A DNA stretch of 64,000 bases from Cyanobacteria bacterium UBA6984. GTDB taxonomy: Bacteria > Cyanobacteriota > Vampirovibrionia > Gastranaerophilales > Gastranaerophilaceae. Shown here piece after piece: positions 19,411-29,079 of the stretch. A program made the position numbers and the translations under genes. Each line of letters starts with the position of its first letter. Position 1 is the stretch's first letter. The stretch covers positions 3,149 through 67,148 of the forward strand of contig DJYG01000037.1 of the NCBI GenBank assembly GCA_002450015.1. The letters run 5' to 3'. The notes beneath the pieces are model-generated. The model had not been told where the DNA came from and did no database searches. It saw only the letters and a list, made by a program, of their open reading frames with translations.

Positions 19411-20091
19411 ATGAAAAATATAGCAATAATTTTAGCGTCAGGTAGCGGAGAACGTTTTGGAGAGAATATTCCAAAGCAGTTTTATGTTTTCAAAGGAAAA
19501 ACTTTATTAGAACATTCACTTGATGCTTTTGAACAAAATGAAAATATTAATGAAATTTTTTTAGTTACAAATCCAAAGTTCAGAGATTTGGCAGAGGAAA
19601 TTTTGGCGAAAAATAATTATAAAAAAATAACTAAAGTTTTAAATGGCGGAAAAACAAGAGTTGAAAGCTCATACATTGGTACAAAAGAAGCTCCTGATGA
19701 ATCAAATGTTTTAATTCATGATGCAGTTAGGGCGTTTGTTACACAGGATATTATAAATAGAAATATTTTTGCCTTGAAAAAATATAATGCTATTGGTACA
19801 GCAATAGAAACGGTTGATACAATAATTCAGGTTGATGAAAATAATTGTATTACAAATATTCCTCAACGGAGTAGTTTGAAAAGAGTTCAGACACCTCAAT
19901 CATTTAGAGCTGAATTAATAAAAAAAGCGCATAAACTTGCATTGGACGAAAATAACCAAAATTTTACGGACGATTGCGGTCTAATTTTGCAATATAATTT
20001 AGCCCCAATACATATTGTTGAAGGTGACGAAATTAATTTAAAAATTACTCAAAAAAGTGATTTGGAGATTATTGAAAAACTATGGAAATAA
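19411..20091 (+). CDS. IspD/TarI-family cytidylyltransferase (context favours CDP-alditol/sugar activation)
   Basis: AIILASGSGERFGENIPKQF nucleotidyltransferase motif. 10-nt overlap with the downstream GT2 gene at the head of the glycan cluster. Confidence 0.75.
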   Translation: MKNIAIILASGSGERFGENIPKQFYVFKGKTLLEHSLDAFEQNENINEIFLVTNPKFRDLAEEILAKNNYKKITKVLNGGKTRVESSYIGTKEAPDESNVLIHDAVRAFVTQDIINRNIFALKKYNAIGTAIETVDTIIQVDENNCITNIPQRSSLKRVQTPQSFRAELIKKAHKLALDENNQNFTDDCGLILQYNLAPIHIVEGDEINLKITQKSDLEIIEKLWK

Positions 20092-21050
20092 AAGTTTCTG
20101 TCGTAATTCCTATATATAATGCCGAAAAATATTTAAAACAGTGTCTTGATAGTGTACAAAATCAGACATTAAAAGAAATTCAGATTATTTGTGTAAACGA
20201 TGGTTCTACTGATAAAAGTTTGGATATAATAAACGAATATTCTAAAAATGATGAAAGATTTGTTGTAATTAATCAAAAAAACAGTGGCTGCGGAAAAGCA
20301 TATAATGAGGGTATGAAAGCCGCAACAGGTGAATACATAGGATTTGTTGAACCGGATGATTATATTAATCTTGATATGTATGAAAATCTTTATAATATTG
20401 CAAAATCGAATGACGTAGATTTTGTTAAGTCCGATTTTGTTGAATTTAATTCAAAAGGTGAAACAAATTATAGAGCATTAACATATTCAAAGGAGTATTA
20501 TAACAAAATTATTAATCCGAAAGAAGATTTAAATGTTTTTAATTTTGCTATGAATACTTGGACAGGGATATATAGCCGTGAATTTCTTGAAAAAAACGAT
20601 ATAAAATACAATGAAACAGCGGGTGCAAGTTTTCAGGATAATGGTTTTTGGTTTAAAACTTTTTGCCTTGCGGAAAGGGTTTATTTTTTAGATAAAGACT
20701 TTTATAATTATAGAATTGATAATCCAAATTCATCAATAAATAATCATGAGAAAGTTTTATGTATGAAAACGGAGTATGATTTAATTTATGAATTTTTATG
20801 TAAAAATTCAGATTTAAAGGAAAGGTTTAAGTATATATACCAATTAAGAAGGTTTAAAAATTATAAATTTTCATATAAACGAATTTCGAAAAAGTATAAA
20901 TGGCAGTTTTTAAAAGTATTTGCAAATGATTTGAAAGAAGCTGAAAGACGACAAGAAATTGACAAAAGCTTGTTTAGAAAAGATGAATTAAGAGAAATCT
21001 TTTTAATAAAATATTTTCCGATTTTGTATTTATTGATGACTAAAAATTAA
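20082..21050 (+). CDS. family 2 glycosyltransferase
   Basis: VSVVIPIYNAEKYL, CVNDGSTDKS, FVEPDD. Confidence 0.85.
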   Translation: MEIKVSVVIPIYNAEKYLKQCLDSVQNQTLKEIQIICVNDGSTDKSLDIINEYSKNDERFVVINQKNSGCGKAYNEGMKAATGEYIGFVEPDDYINLDMYENLYNIAKSNDVDFVKSDFVEFNSKGETNYRALTYSKEYYNKIINPKEDLNVFNFAMNTWTGIYSREFLEKNDIKYNETAGASFQDNGFWFKTFCLAERVYFLDKDFYNYRIDNPNSSINNHEKVLCMKTEYDLIYEFLCKNSDLKERFKYIYQLRRFKNYKFSYKRISKKYKWQFLKVFANDLKEAERRQEIDKSLFRKDELREIFLIKYFPILYLLMTKN

Positions 21051-21110
21051 TATATTTGACCGAAAAATAAATTTATGTGAAAATAAAATTAAGGAAGTTA
21101 AGGAGAAATT

Positions 21111-21947
21111 ATGTTAAGTAAATATTTTCAAGTAAAGACAAAATCTAAAAAATTTGATGATGACTTATTGTGGTCAATGGGCGAAATAAAAGGTAAAAAA
21201 GTTCTTTTATATGGTGCTGGAGAAGGTTTTGTAGAATTAAATAAAAGATACTTTTTCAATGATGTGTTAAATATAGTTGCAATAGCAGATAAAAAATTCG
21301 AGCACGAATGTGAATGTGGTTGTGGGCACAGTGGTTGTTGCTGTGGTCACGAACATAAGGCAGAAGAAAAATATGAAACTCAATATTTTGAAGGGATAAG
21401 AGCGATTGCTCCAAGTGATATTCCAAATGAAGATTATGATGTTCTATTGATAACAAACGAACGTCCTCAACCAATTTTGAACTACGTATTTAATGAATTG
21501 AACATTGAGGGTAAAGACGTAAGAACAGTATTTAATGAAGAAATACCTGATGAACAGCCTAATTTGTTGTATTTATACAATTTTAAATTTGATAAGACAT
21601 TGCCAAAACTGGTTAAAAAACTTGAAGGTAAATCAGTTGTAATATATGGTGCGGGAGTATTTTTTGAAATTATTAAAAAATACTTTGACCTTTCGGGGTT
21701 GAATATAATTGGTGTTTCAGATAGAAGATTTGAAGGTCACGAAGAAAATGAAGAATTTTTGGGCTACAAGACTTATGCTCCATCAGAAATAAAAGAATTA
21801 AACCCTGATTATGTTTTGGTGGCTACAAAATTCTATATAAATATCATTGAAGATTTGTATTATGACACATTGAAGGGTTCAAAGATTAAAATAAAACCAT
21901 TAATGAAAAAGCCGTTTTGGACATTGGTTAAAGAAATTTGGGGATAA
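21111..21947 (+). CDS. hypothetical protein: tandem duplicated G-x-G (Rossmann-like) module with a Cys/His-rich insertion
   Basis: Repeat 1 KKVLLYGAGEGF...IVAIADKKFEH and repeat 2 KSVVIYGAGVFF...IIGVSDRRFEGH. Insert HECECGCGHSGCCCGHEH at nt 21303..21356. Confidence 0.6.
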   Translation: MLSKYFQVKTKSKKFDDDLLWSMGEIKGKKVLLYGAGEGFVELNKRYFFNDVLNIVAIADKKFEHECECGCGHSGCCCGHEHKAEEKYETQYFEGIRAIAPSDIPNEDYDVLLITNERPQPILNYVFNELNIEGKDVRTVFNEEIPDEQPNLLYLYNFKFDKTLPKLVKKLEGKSVVIYGAGVFFEIIKKYFDLSGLNIIGVSDRRFEGHEENEEFLGYKTYAPSEIKELNPDYVLVATKFYINIIEDLYYDTLKGSKIKIKPLMKKPFWTLVKEIWG

Positions 21948-21948
21948 A

Positions 21949-22824
21949 ATGTCTGAAAAAATTAACATTTTTTTTAATGTAAATGATTTATATGTAAAAT
22001 ATATGTCAGTAACAATGGCATCTATTTTGATTAATACAAAAAGAGATGTTTCATTCTATGTTATAAGTAGTGATATTACAGAAAAGAGTAAAAAAAATAT
22101 AGAAAAGTTAAAAAGAATAAAAGATTTTGATATCGAGTATATAGATATAGATTCAAAAAAAATGGACCTAATTCCTGAAAGTTCAAGAAGTGATATATCT
22201 ATTGAAACAAATTATAGATTTTTAGTTTCATCATTAAAACCCGAAATGAAAAAATGTATATTTTTAGATGCAGATTTAGTTGTTGATAAAGATATATCAA
22301 AATTATGGGATATACATATTGAAGATAACTATATGGCAGCAGTGAAAGACCGTATCACTTTTTCATCAAGTTACAGTTGGGTACATAACTTGCCACTACC
22401 TGAAAAATTTACGTATGTAAATACAGGTGTTGCAATCATGAATTTAGATTTGTGGAGAAAAGATAATATTGAGCAAAAGATTTTTGAATATGCTCAAAAA
22501 TATAGAGATATATTGAAATTCCCTGATCAAGATATTTTAAATATTGTTTTAGCTCCAAAGATATATTATTTGGAAAATAAATTCAATGCTGACTGTAATC
22601 ATGAATATTTTATTGAAGAAGAAAGAAAAAAAGCATTTTTAAACTCCGTTGTATTTCACTGGGTTGGATACAATAAGCCTTGGAACAAATTCTTTTGCCC
22701 TTATTTTTATAAATACTGGATGTATGCATTTTTAAGTCCATATTATAAAGCTATAGCAAAAGAAATGTTTGATAATATAAAATTATATAAAAAAATACAT
22801 ATTTTAAAATTGATATATAATTAA
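21949..22824 (+). CDS. family 8 glycosyltransferase
   Basis: IFLDADLVVDKDISKLW, NTGVAIMNLDLWR, PDQDILN, WVGYNKPW. Confidence 0.8.
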   Translation: MSEKINIFFNVNDLYVKYMSVTMASILINTKRDVSFYVISSDITEKSKKNIEKLKRIKDFDIEYIDIDSKKMDLIPESSRSDISIETNYRFLVSSLKPEMKKCIFLDADLVVDKDISKLWDIHIEDNYMAAVKDRITFSSSYSWVHNLPLPEKFTYVNTGVAIMNLDLWRKDNIEQKIFEYAQKYRDILKFPDQDILNIVLAPKIYYLENKFNADCNHEYFIEEERKKAFLNSVVFHWVGYNKPWNKFFCPYFYKYWMYAFLSPYYKAIAKEMFDNIKLYKKIHILKLIYN

Positions 22825-22838
22825 TAGGGATAAACATT

Positions 22839-23771
22839 ATGAGTACTAGTTATTATATATATTTTATGTTTATACAAAAATTTTTAAGAATAATTGTTGT
22901 TTGGGTATTTTTTATCCGCAATTTTATTAAAACATTATATTGGTTTTGTTTTAATTATTTAAATTATAATTCAAGATTTTTATTGAACATAATTATGAAT
23001 ATAATTTCTAAAGCTAAAAATGTTGAAAAGTTTTTTATAAAACAATTCGTTAAACAAACCAGTAAACAATGGTTAAAATATAAAGGTATATACGAAGGTA
23101 AAGATGTTGTGTTAGTTGCTTGTGGACCAACAGTTAACAACTATAAAATGATAAAAGATGCTATTCATATTGGAGTTAACAGAGCATTTAAAATTCCTCA
23201 TATAAAATTTGATTATTTATGTTATCAGGATACGTTTCCTGAAGGTTCTGAAGAATTGGATGCATACACTCGTGAGAGTGTACGTTTATGTGGAATGTTA
23301 CCTGAATCAAGAAGATATGAATTAAGACATTGTGATTGGGATGGCTTACCATACACCAAAGAAAATTTACAAAATAATTTATTTTTTATGTTAAATCCGC
23401 ATGAAAAAGATTATAATTTTGCTTTAGATTTAGAAAAAGATGCTTTTTGTGATGCTGAAGGATGTGTTTTTTCTGCATTACAATTTGTTATGTACACTAA
23501 TCCAAAGAGAATTTATTTAGTAGGTTGTGATTGTTCAAATATTACCTCTGATTATGCATATGTAAAAATTAATCCTGAATATTCAAGGCAAAAAATTTCA
23601 TATATTGAGTTTAAAAATTTTTATGAAAAATATTATCCAGATACAGAGTTTGTATCAATAAATCCTGACGGTTTAAAGGGTATATTTAAAGATGTTTATA
23701 TTCAATCTTATATTGACAGTAATCCCGAATTAAACTTGTCGGATGAAAATATAGAAATTATACAAGGATAA
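22839..23771 (+). CDS. putative glycan-modifying enzyme (DUF115/MptE-like?), function uncertain
   Basis: VACGPTVNNY, GVNRAF and LVGCDCS blocks. An alternative start at ATG 22995 (MNIISKAKN) would remove an odd hydrophobic N-terminus. Confidence 0.35.
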   Translation: MSTSYYIYFMFIQKFLRIIVVWVFFIRNFIKTLYWFCFNYLNYNSRFLLNIIMNIISKAKNVEKFFIKQFVKQTSKQWLKYKGIYEGKDVVLVACGPTVNNYKMIKDAIHIGVNRAFKIPHIKFDYLCYQDTFPEGSEELDAYTRESVRLCGMLPESRRYELRHCDWDGLPYTKENLQNNLFFMLNPHEKDYNFALDLEKDAFCDAEGCVFSALQFVMYTNPKRIYLVGCDCSNITSDYAYVKINPEYSRQKISYIEFKNFYEKYYPDTEFVSINPDGLKGIFKDVYIQSYIDSNPELNLSDENIEIIQG

Positions 23772-23773
23772 AT

Positions 23774-24613
23774 ATGCCCAAAGTATCAAATATTATAAAA
23801 ATTTTAATATCGTATCATAAGCCTTATTCATTGCTTAAAAACAAAATATTTGTACCGGTACATGTAGGTAGAGATGTTGCGATGGAAAAATCAAAAGATG
23901 GTAAAATCGCATTAAAAGATTATAATTGGCTTATAAAAAATTTAATAGGGGATAATACTGGAGAGAATATTTCTTACAAAAATCGAGAATGGTGTGAATT
24001 GACTGCTATATACTGGGCTTGGAAAAACTATGATAAAATAGGCAATCCCAGTTTCATAGGTTTTATGCATTATAGACGTTTCTTTGAGTTTGATAATTAC
24101 AAAAAAACTAAAGATATTGAAAATTTTGTAAAGAAATATGATTTTATAATCAATCAACGTTGTTTACATAATGAAAACGACCAAAATAATTATAATCAAT
24201 ATAAACTTTCAAAACATCATCATATTGAAAATTTAGAAGCAGCTATAGAAATTGTAAAGAAACTGTATCCATATTACGATGAATCAATAGAAAAATATTT
24301 AAAACTGGATTATGGATATTACAAAAATATTTTTATAATGAAAAAAGAAATCTTTTTTGAATATTGTAAATGGTTATTTTCTATACTGGAACAGTTAGAA
24401 AAAGAAATTGATATAACTATTTATAATGATCAAGAAAAACGAGTGTTTGGTTATATTGCGGAGCGTTTATTAGGTATTTTTTATACTCATTGGAAAAATG
24501 ACATTAAAACAACAGAATTGCCATTAGAACGTATATCAGAAATTAATTACATAAATTTCAATGAACGTATACATAACCTTCTACGAAAATTAATAATATT
24601 ATATTGTAGTTAA
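23774..24613 (+). CDS. DUF4422-family putative glycosyltransferase
   Basis: ILISYHKP, VPVHVGR, GDNTGENISYKNREWCELTAIYWAWKN, FMHYRRFF. Confidence 0.7.
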   Translation: MPKVSNIIKILISYHKPYSLLKNKIFVPVHVGRDVAMEKSKDGKIALKDYNWLIKNLIGDNTGENISYKNREWCELTAIYWAWKNYDKIGNPSFIGFMHYRRFFEFDNYKKTKDIENFVKKYDFIINQRCLHNENDQNNYNQYKLSKHHHIENLEAAIEIVKKLYPYYDESIEKYLKLDYGYYKNIFIMKKEIFFEYCKWLFSILEQLEKEIDITIYNDQEKRVFGYIAERLLGIFYTHWKNDIKTTELPLERISEINYINFNERIHNLLRKLIILYCS

Positions 24614-24667
24614 CAATAAATTCTATTTTTTACATAGATTTGTAATATATAACAATGAGGGAATTAA

Positions 24668-25630
24668 ATGAAACCAAATTTTGAAAAAAATAATATACCA
24701 GTAATATTTTCAGCAGATAATAACTATGTAGATTATTTAATAGTAACTATTAAATCTTTAATTTGTAATTCATCAAACAAATATAATTACGATATTTATG
24801 TCCTTAATGACGATATCGAAGAACATTCAAAACTAGTTGTAAAACAACTGGAACAATCCAATGTCAAAATAACTTTTGTTGATATGAATCTATTATATAA
24901 CAATATTGATAAAAGTATTTTTTATTTACGTAATTATTTTACTATATCAACGTACAACAGATTTTTTATACCAAGGCTTTTTAAAAATTTTGATAAAATT
25001 ATATACATAGATTGTGACACGATAATTTTAGGAGATGTTGCAGAGTTGTATTATCATAATTTAAACAATAATGTTGCTGCGGCAACAAAAGATATTTATA
25101 TCATGTGTGAAGTTGCCTTGAATAATAAAAATATTGTAAATTATTTTGAAAATAAATTAAAATTAAAAAATAAAAATAACTATTTCCAAGCTGGACTATT
25201 AGTTCTTGATATAAAAAAATTGACATTGATGGATTTTGAAAGTAAATGTATTGATACTTTAAAAAAAATTAAAACTCCTCTTTTTGTTGATCAAGACATA
25301 TTGAATATAGTTCTTGAAAATCATGTTGAATTTCTTAATGTTGAATGGGATATGTTATTGCGATTATATTTTAAATATAAAAATTATAATGAAATACTTT
25401 CTAAATTAATGGTAGAAGAATATAACAAAGGTTTTAAACATCCTAAAATGGTACATTTTACAGGTAATATCAAGCCATGGAAAAGTTTACAAACGCCAAA
25501 AGCCTATTTATTTTGGAAATATGCTATAAGAACTCCTGTATTTTGGAAATTAATAAAAGAACCAGTGAGAGATTTTATTTTTAAATCAACTAAAAATTTA
25601 AGATTATTAAAGTTAGTATATTTTGGATAA
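24668..25630 (+). CDS. family 8 glycosyltransferase
   Basis: IPVIFSADNNYV, IYIDCDTIILGDVAELY, FQAGLLVLDIKKL, VDQDILN, HFTGNIKPW. Confidence 0.8.
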   Translation: MKPNFEKNNIPVIFSADNNYVDYLIVTIKSLICNSSNKYNYDIYVLNDDIEEHSKLVVKQLEQSNVKITFVDMNLLYNNIDKSIFYLRNYFTISTYNRFFIPRLFKNFDKIIYIDCDTIILGDVAELYYHNLNNNVAAATKDIYIMCEVALNNKNIVNYFENKLKLKNKNNYFQAGLLVLDIKKLTLMDFESKCIDTLKKIKTPLFVDQDILNIVLENHVEFLNVEWDMLLRLYFKYKNYNEILSKLMVEEYNKGFKHPKMVHFTGNIKPWKSLQTPKAYLFWKYAIRTPVFWKLIKEPVRDFIFKSTKNLRLLKLVYFG

Positions 25631-25633
25631 AAC

Positions 25634-26734
25634 ATGAAAAATTTAATAGTAGGAGCAGGGCTTACAGGTTCTGTTATAGCAAATTTAATAGCTGAAAGCG
25701 GAGAAAAAGTTACCGTAATCGACAAAAACAATTTTGTTGGCGGTAACATAAACGATTACGTTGACGAACAAACTCAAATCCACGTTCATCGTTTTGGACC
25801 TCACATTTTCCACACTAATTTAGAACGTGTTTGGCAATATTTATCTCAATTTACAGGCTGGCATGAATATTCTTTTGAACCAAATGTTGTTATAAAAGGT
25901 AAAAAAGTAACTTTACCATTTAACTTAAACACAATAAAGCAATGCTTTGATGAGCAAACTGCAGAAAAATATATCAAAAAGCTTGTTGATGTTTATGGAA
26001 TGGAACACAAAGTTCCTATTTTAGAGCTTAAACAAACAGATGATGAAGATTTAAAATTCATTGCAGATTTTGTTTATAAATATGTTTTTGAAGGTTATAC
26101 CATTAAACAATGGGGCTTGAAACCCGAAGAAATAGACCCGTCAATAACGGCTCGTGTTCCTGTATTTATAAGTTATGATAACAGATATTTTCAGGATAAA
26201 TATCAAGCAATACCTCAAAACGGTTATACAGAAATGGTTAAAAATATTCTTAATCACAAAAATATTGAAGTTCGCCTGAATACAAAATATCAGGATTTAA
26301 ACGAAAGTTTCGACAGGATTTTTTACACAGGTTCTATTGATGAATTTTTTGACTACAAATATGGAATGTTGCCATACAGAAGTCTTACTTTTGACATAGA
26401 AACGCATGACTGTGAATATTATCAGCCGACCGCTATGGTAAATTATCCTTGCAACAATGATTTTACAAGAATAACAGAGCATAAACACTTTTTAAGTGAA
26501 AAATCAGAAAAAACAGTTATTTCAAAAGAATATTCATACACTTTTGAACTTGGAAAAAATGAAAGATATTATCCTATAAAAAGTGATGCAAATGCTGAAC
26601 TTTACGAAAAATATTTAAATGATGCAAAACAACTAAAAAATACCTACTTTTTAGGCAGATTAGGAGCTTACAAATATTACAATATGGATCAGGCAGTTTT
26701 GGCAGCTTTGGAATTTTTTGATGTGATGAATTAA
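25634..26734 (+). CDS. glf: UDP-galactopyranose mutase
   Basis: IVGAGLTGSVIA, canonical FGPHIFHTN, YTIKQWG, NRYFQDKYQAIP, YTGSIDEFFDYKYGMLPYRS, GRLGAYKYYNMD. Confidence 0.9.
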   Translation: MKNLIVGAGLTGSVIANLIAESGEKVTVIDKNNFVGGNINDYVDEQTQIHVHRFGPHIFHTNLERVWQYLSQFTGWHEYSFEPNVVIKGKKVTLPFNLNTIKQCFDEQTAEKYIKKLVDVYGMEHKVPILELKQTDDEDLKFIADFVYKYVFEGYTIKQWGLKPEEIDPSITARVPVFISYDNRYFQDKYQAIPQNGYTEMVKNILNHKNIEVRLNTKYQDLNESFDRIFYTGSIDEFFDYKYGMLPYRSLTFDIETHDCEYYQPTAMVNYPCNNDFTRITEHKHFLSEKSEKTVISKEYSYTFELGKNERYYPIKSDANAELYEKYLNDAKQLKNTYFLGRLGAYKYYNMDQAVLAALEFFDVMN

Positions 26735-26775
26735 TGTTTAGTATGTTTTTGTTATAATTTTTTAGAGGTTTTATT

Positions 26776-27789
26776 ATGCCAAAAGTATCTGTAATTATAC
26801 CGGTATATAATGTAGAAGAATATCTTAGCGAGTGTTTAGACAGCCTAATTAATCAAACTTTAAGAGATATTGAAATTATTTGTATTAATGATGGTTCAAC
26901 AGATAATAGTCTGAATATTTTAAATGAATATGCAAAAAAAGATTCCAGAATAACTGTTTTAACTCAAGAAAATCAGGGCGCAGCTGTTGCACGTAATAGA
27001 GGTTTGGACATTGCAAAAGGTGAATACCTTTCAATATTAGATAGTGATGATTATTTCAAGCAAGATATGCTTGAAAAATTATATAACAGAGCTGTTGAAA
27101 CAGATGCAGAAATTGTAAAATGTTACGAATTTGTTGTTGATTCCAAAAATGATAAAATTTATGAAAATAAATTTTTGCCTAAAGAAAAAATGGATAAGAA
27201 AGTTTTCTCAAGTATAGATGTAAAAGACTGCGCTTTTGATTTATCAAGAAATATTGCTTGGGAAAAAATGTTTAAAGCAAGTTTTGTATATGATAATAAG
27301 ATTAGATTTCATAATGTAAGGGTTATTGATGATGCACATTTTGTTTTAATAGCGTTTGCACTTGCAAATCGAATAACTATAGTAAATGAAAATTTAGTTT
27401 TTCATAGAATAAATATTTCTAATCAACAAACTTGTGTTGATAATATGAATTCTTCAAAAAATAGAGTAAAAGATTTTATCTCAGCTTATGATAAAATTAG
27501 AAATTCTTTAATTGATAAAAACTTATATAATTTTTTTGAAAAAACATATATTAACAGATTGTGCCATGATATTTTATATTATACTTCAAAGTTAAGTTTT
27601 ATAAATAAAATATATTTTTATAATAAATTAAAAATAACAATATTTTCAAAAATAAATATTCTTGAAAAAAAAATGGATTATTATAGTAGTATGAATAGAT
27701 TTTATCTGGTTAAAATTATAAATAATCCTTTGTATATATTCATTGTATTTTTTAAAAGATTATTTTTAATCATTTTATATTGTCTGTAG
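26776..27789 (+). CDS. family 2 glycosyltransferase
   Basis: VSVIIPVYNVEEYL, CINDGSTDNS, ILDSDD. Confidence 0.85.
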   Translation: MPKVSVIIPVYNVEEYLSECLDSLINQTLRDIEIICINDGSTDNSLNILNEYAKKDSRITVLTQENQGAAVARNRGLDIAKGEYLSILDSDDYFKQDMLEKLYNRAVETDAEIVKCYEFVVDSKNDKIYENKFLPKEKMDKKVFSSIDVKDCAFDLSRNIAWEKMFKASFVYDNKIRFHNVRVIDDAHFVLIAFALANRITIVNENLVFHRINISNQQTCVDNMNSSKNRVKDFISAYDKIRNSLIDKNLYNFFEKTYINRLCHDILYYTSKLSFINKIYFYNKLKITIFSKINILEKKMDYYSSMNRFYLVKIINNPLYIFIVFFKRLFLIILYCL

Positions 27790-27810
27790 CTATAGTGTTT
27801 TGTTAAATTT

Positions 27811-29034
27811 TTAATATAATTCTTTGAGAACATCAATAACTCTATCTAATGCGCCTTGGTTTGATTCGAATACGTTTTTGCAGTCTTCGCAGCATTTGTT
27901 ATAAAAATCGTTATCAGAAAGTAATTTTCGCATATATTCTTCAAGCTCTTGGGCATTTTCAACAAGTTTCGCAGCGTTGCTTTGAGTTAATAATGCATAT
28001 ATATCTTTGAAATTATGAACACATTTCCCCGAAATTACAGGCTTTTCAAAAACAGTCGCCTCAAGCGGGTTATGTCCGCCTGTTTTATTAAAACTTCCGC
28101 CCATTATCGCAAAGTAACATAATGCATAAGCTTTACCTAATTCGCCCATCGTATCAAGCATTATAATTTCTTTGTCGTCAAATTTATCTCCACAAGAACG
28201 CAAACCCCAATTTAAACCCGTTTTTTCTATTAGTTTTTTCACAGCTTCGTGTCTTTCCGGATGACGTGGTGCAACAAGAAGTTTTACGTCAGGAAATTCT
28301 TTTTTTATCTTCTCAAAAACAGGAATAATTAACTCATCTTCCGTTGAATGTGTACTGCCTGCAATAATTATACGACCTTGTCCCAAATCAAAATCACATT
28401 CTCTGCGTGTAATATCAAATTTTAAATTACCCATTACAGATGTTGTTTCAAGATTTGCACCGATTGAAATAAGTTTTTGATTATCTTGCTCTGATTGAGT
28501 TAAAATCCTTGTATAATTTCGTAAAACAGGTTTGAAAAAGAACGACAACTTTTTATAACTGTTATAGGTTCTGTCTGAAATTCTTCCGTTTATAATTAAT
28601 AAATTTATTCCTCTGTTATTTACAAGTCTGGCAAAATTAGGCCACAGTTCTGTTTCTGCAACAATTATTGTTTTTGGATTTACTTTATTTAAAAAATGAC
28701 CTACACAAAACGGAAAATCAAACGGAAAATAAGTTATAAAATCAGCAATTTCACCTAATTTTTTCTTTGCAATTTCCTGCCCTGTCTGTGTCCCTGTGCA
28801 AACAACAATTTTGTTATCAAATGTTTCTTTTGTCTTTTTAATAAGGTTTTCTAATGCTATAACTTCACCAACAGAAACTCCGTAAAATACTATTGTATCT
28901 TTTAATTCAGGCGCATCAAAATATCCGCATTTTGTTTTAAACCCGTGTATTAATTTTGGTTTGAAAATTCCTGCGATAAGCCAAAACGGTATGATTAAGA
29001 TAAATAAAATTGTTGATAAAAAGCCATATATCAT
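27811..29034 (-). CDS. waaA: 3-deoxy-D-manno-octulosonic acid (Kdo) transferase
   Basis: N-terminal membrane anchor, FYGVSVGEV, VAPRHPER, MGGSFNKTGGHNPLE. Confidence 0.85.
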   Translation of the reverse strand: MIYGFLSTILFILIIPFWLIAGIFKPKLIHGFKTKCGYFDAPELKDTIVFYGVSVGEVIALENLIKKTKETFDNKIVVCTGTQTGQEIAKKKLGEIADFITYFPFDFPFCVGHFLNKVNPKTIIVAETELWPNFARLVNNRGINLLIINGRISDRTYNSYKKLSFFFKPVLRNYTRILTQSEQDNQKLISIGANLETTSVMGNLKFDITRRECDFDLGQGRIIIAGSTHSTEDELIIPVFEKIKKEFPDVKLLVAPRHPERHEAVKKLIEKTGLNWGLRSCGDKFDDKEIIMLDTMGELGKAYALCYFAIMGGSFNKTGGHNPLEATVFEKPVISGKCVHNFKDIYALLTQSNAAKLVENAQELEEYMRKLLSDNDFYNKCCEDCKNVFESNQGALDRVIDVLKELY

Positions 29035-29079
29035 AATATAATTATGATAACATGAATATAATAAGAAAGAGGTAAATAT

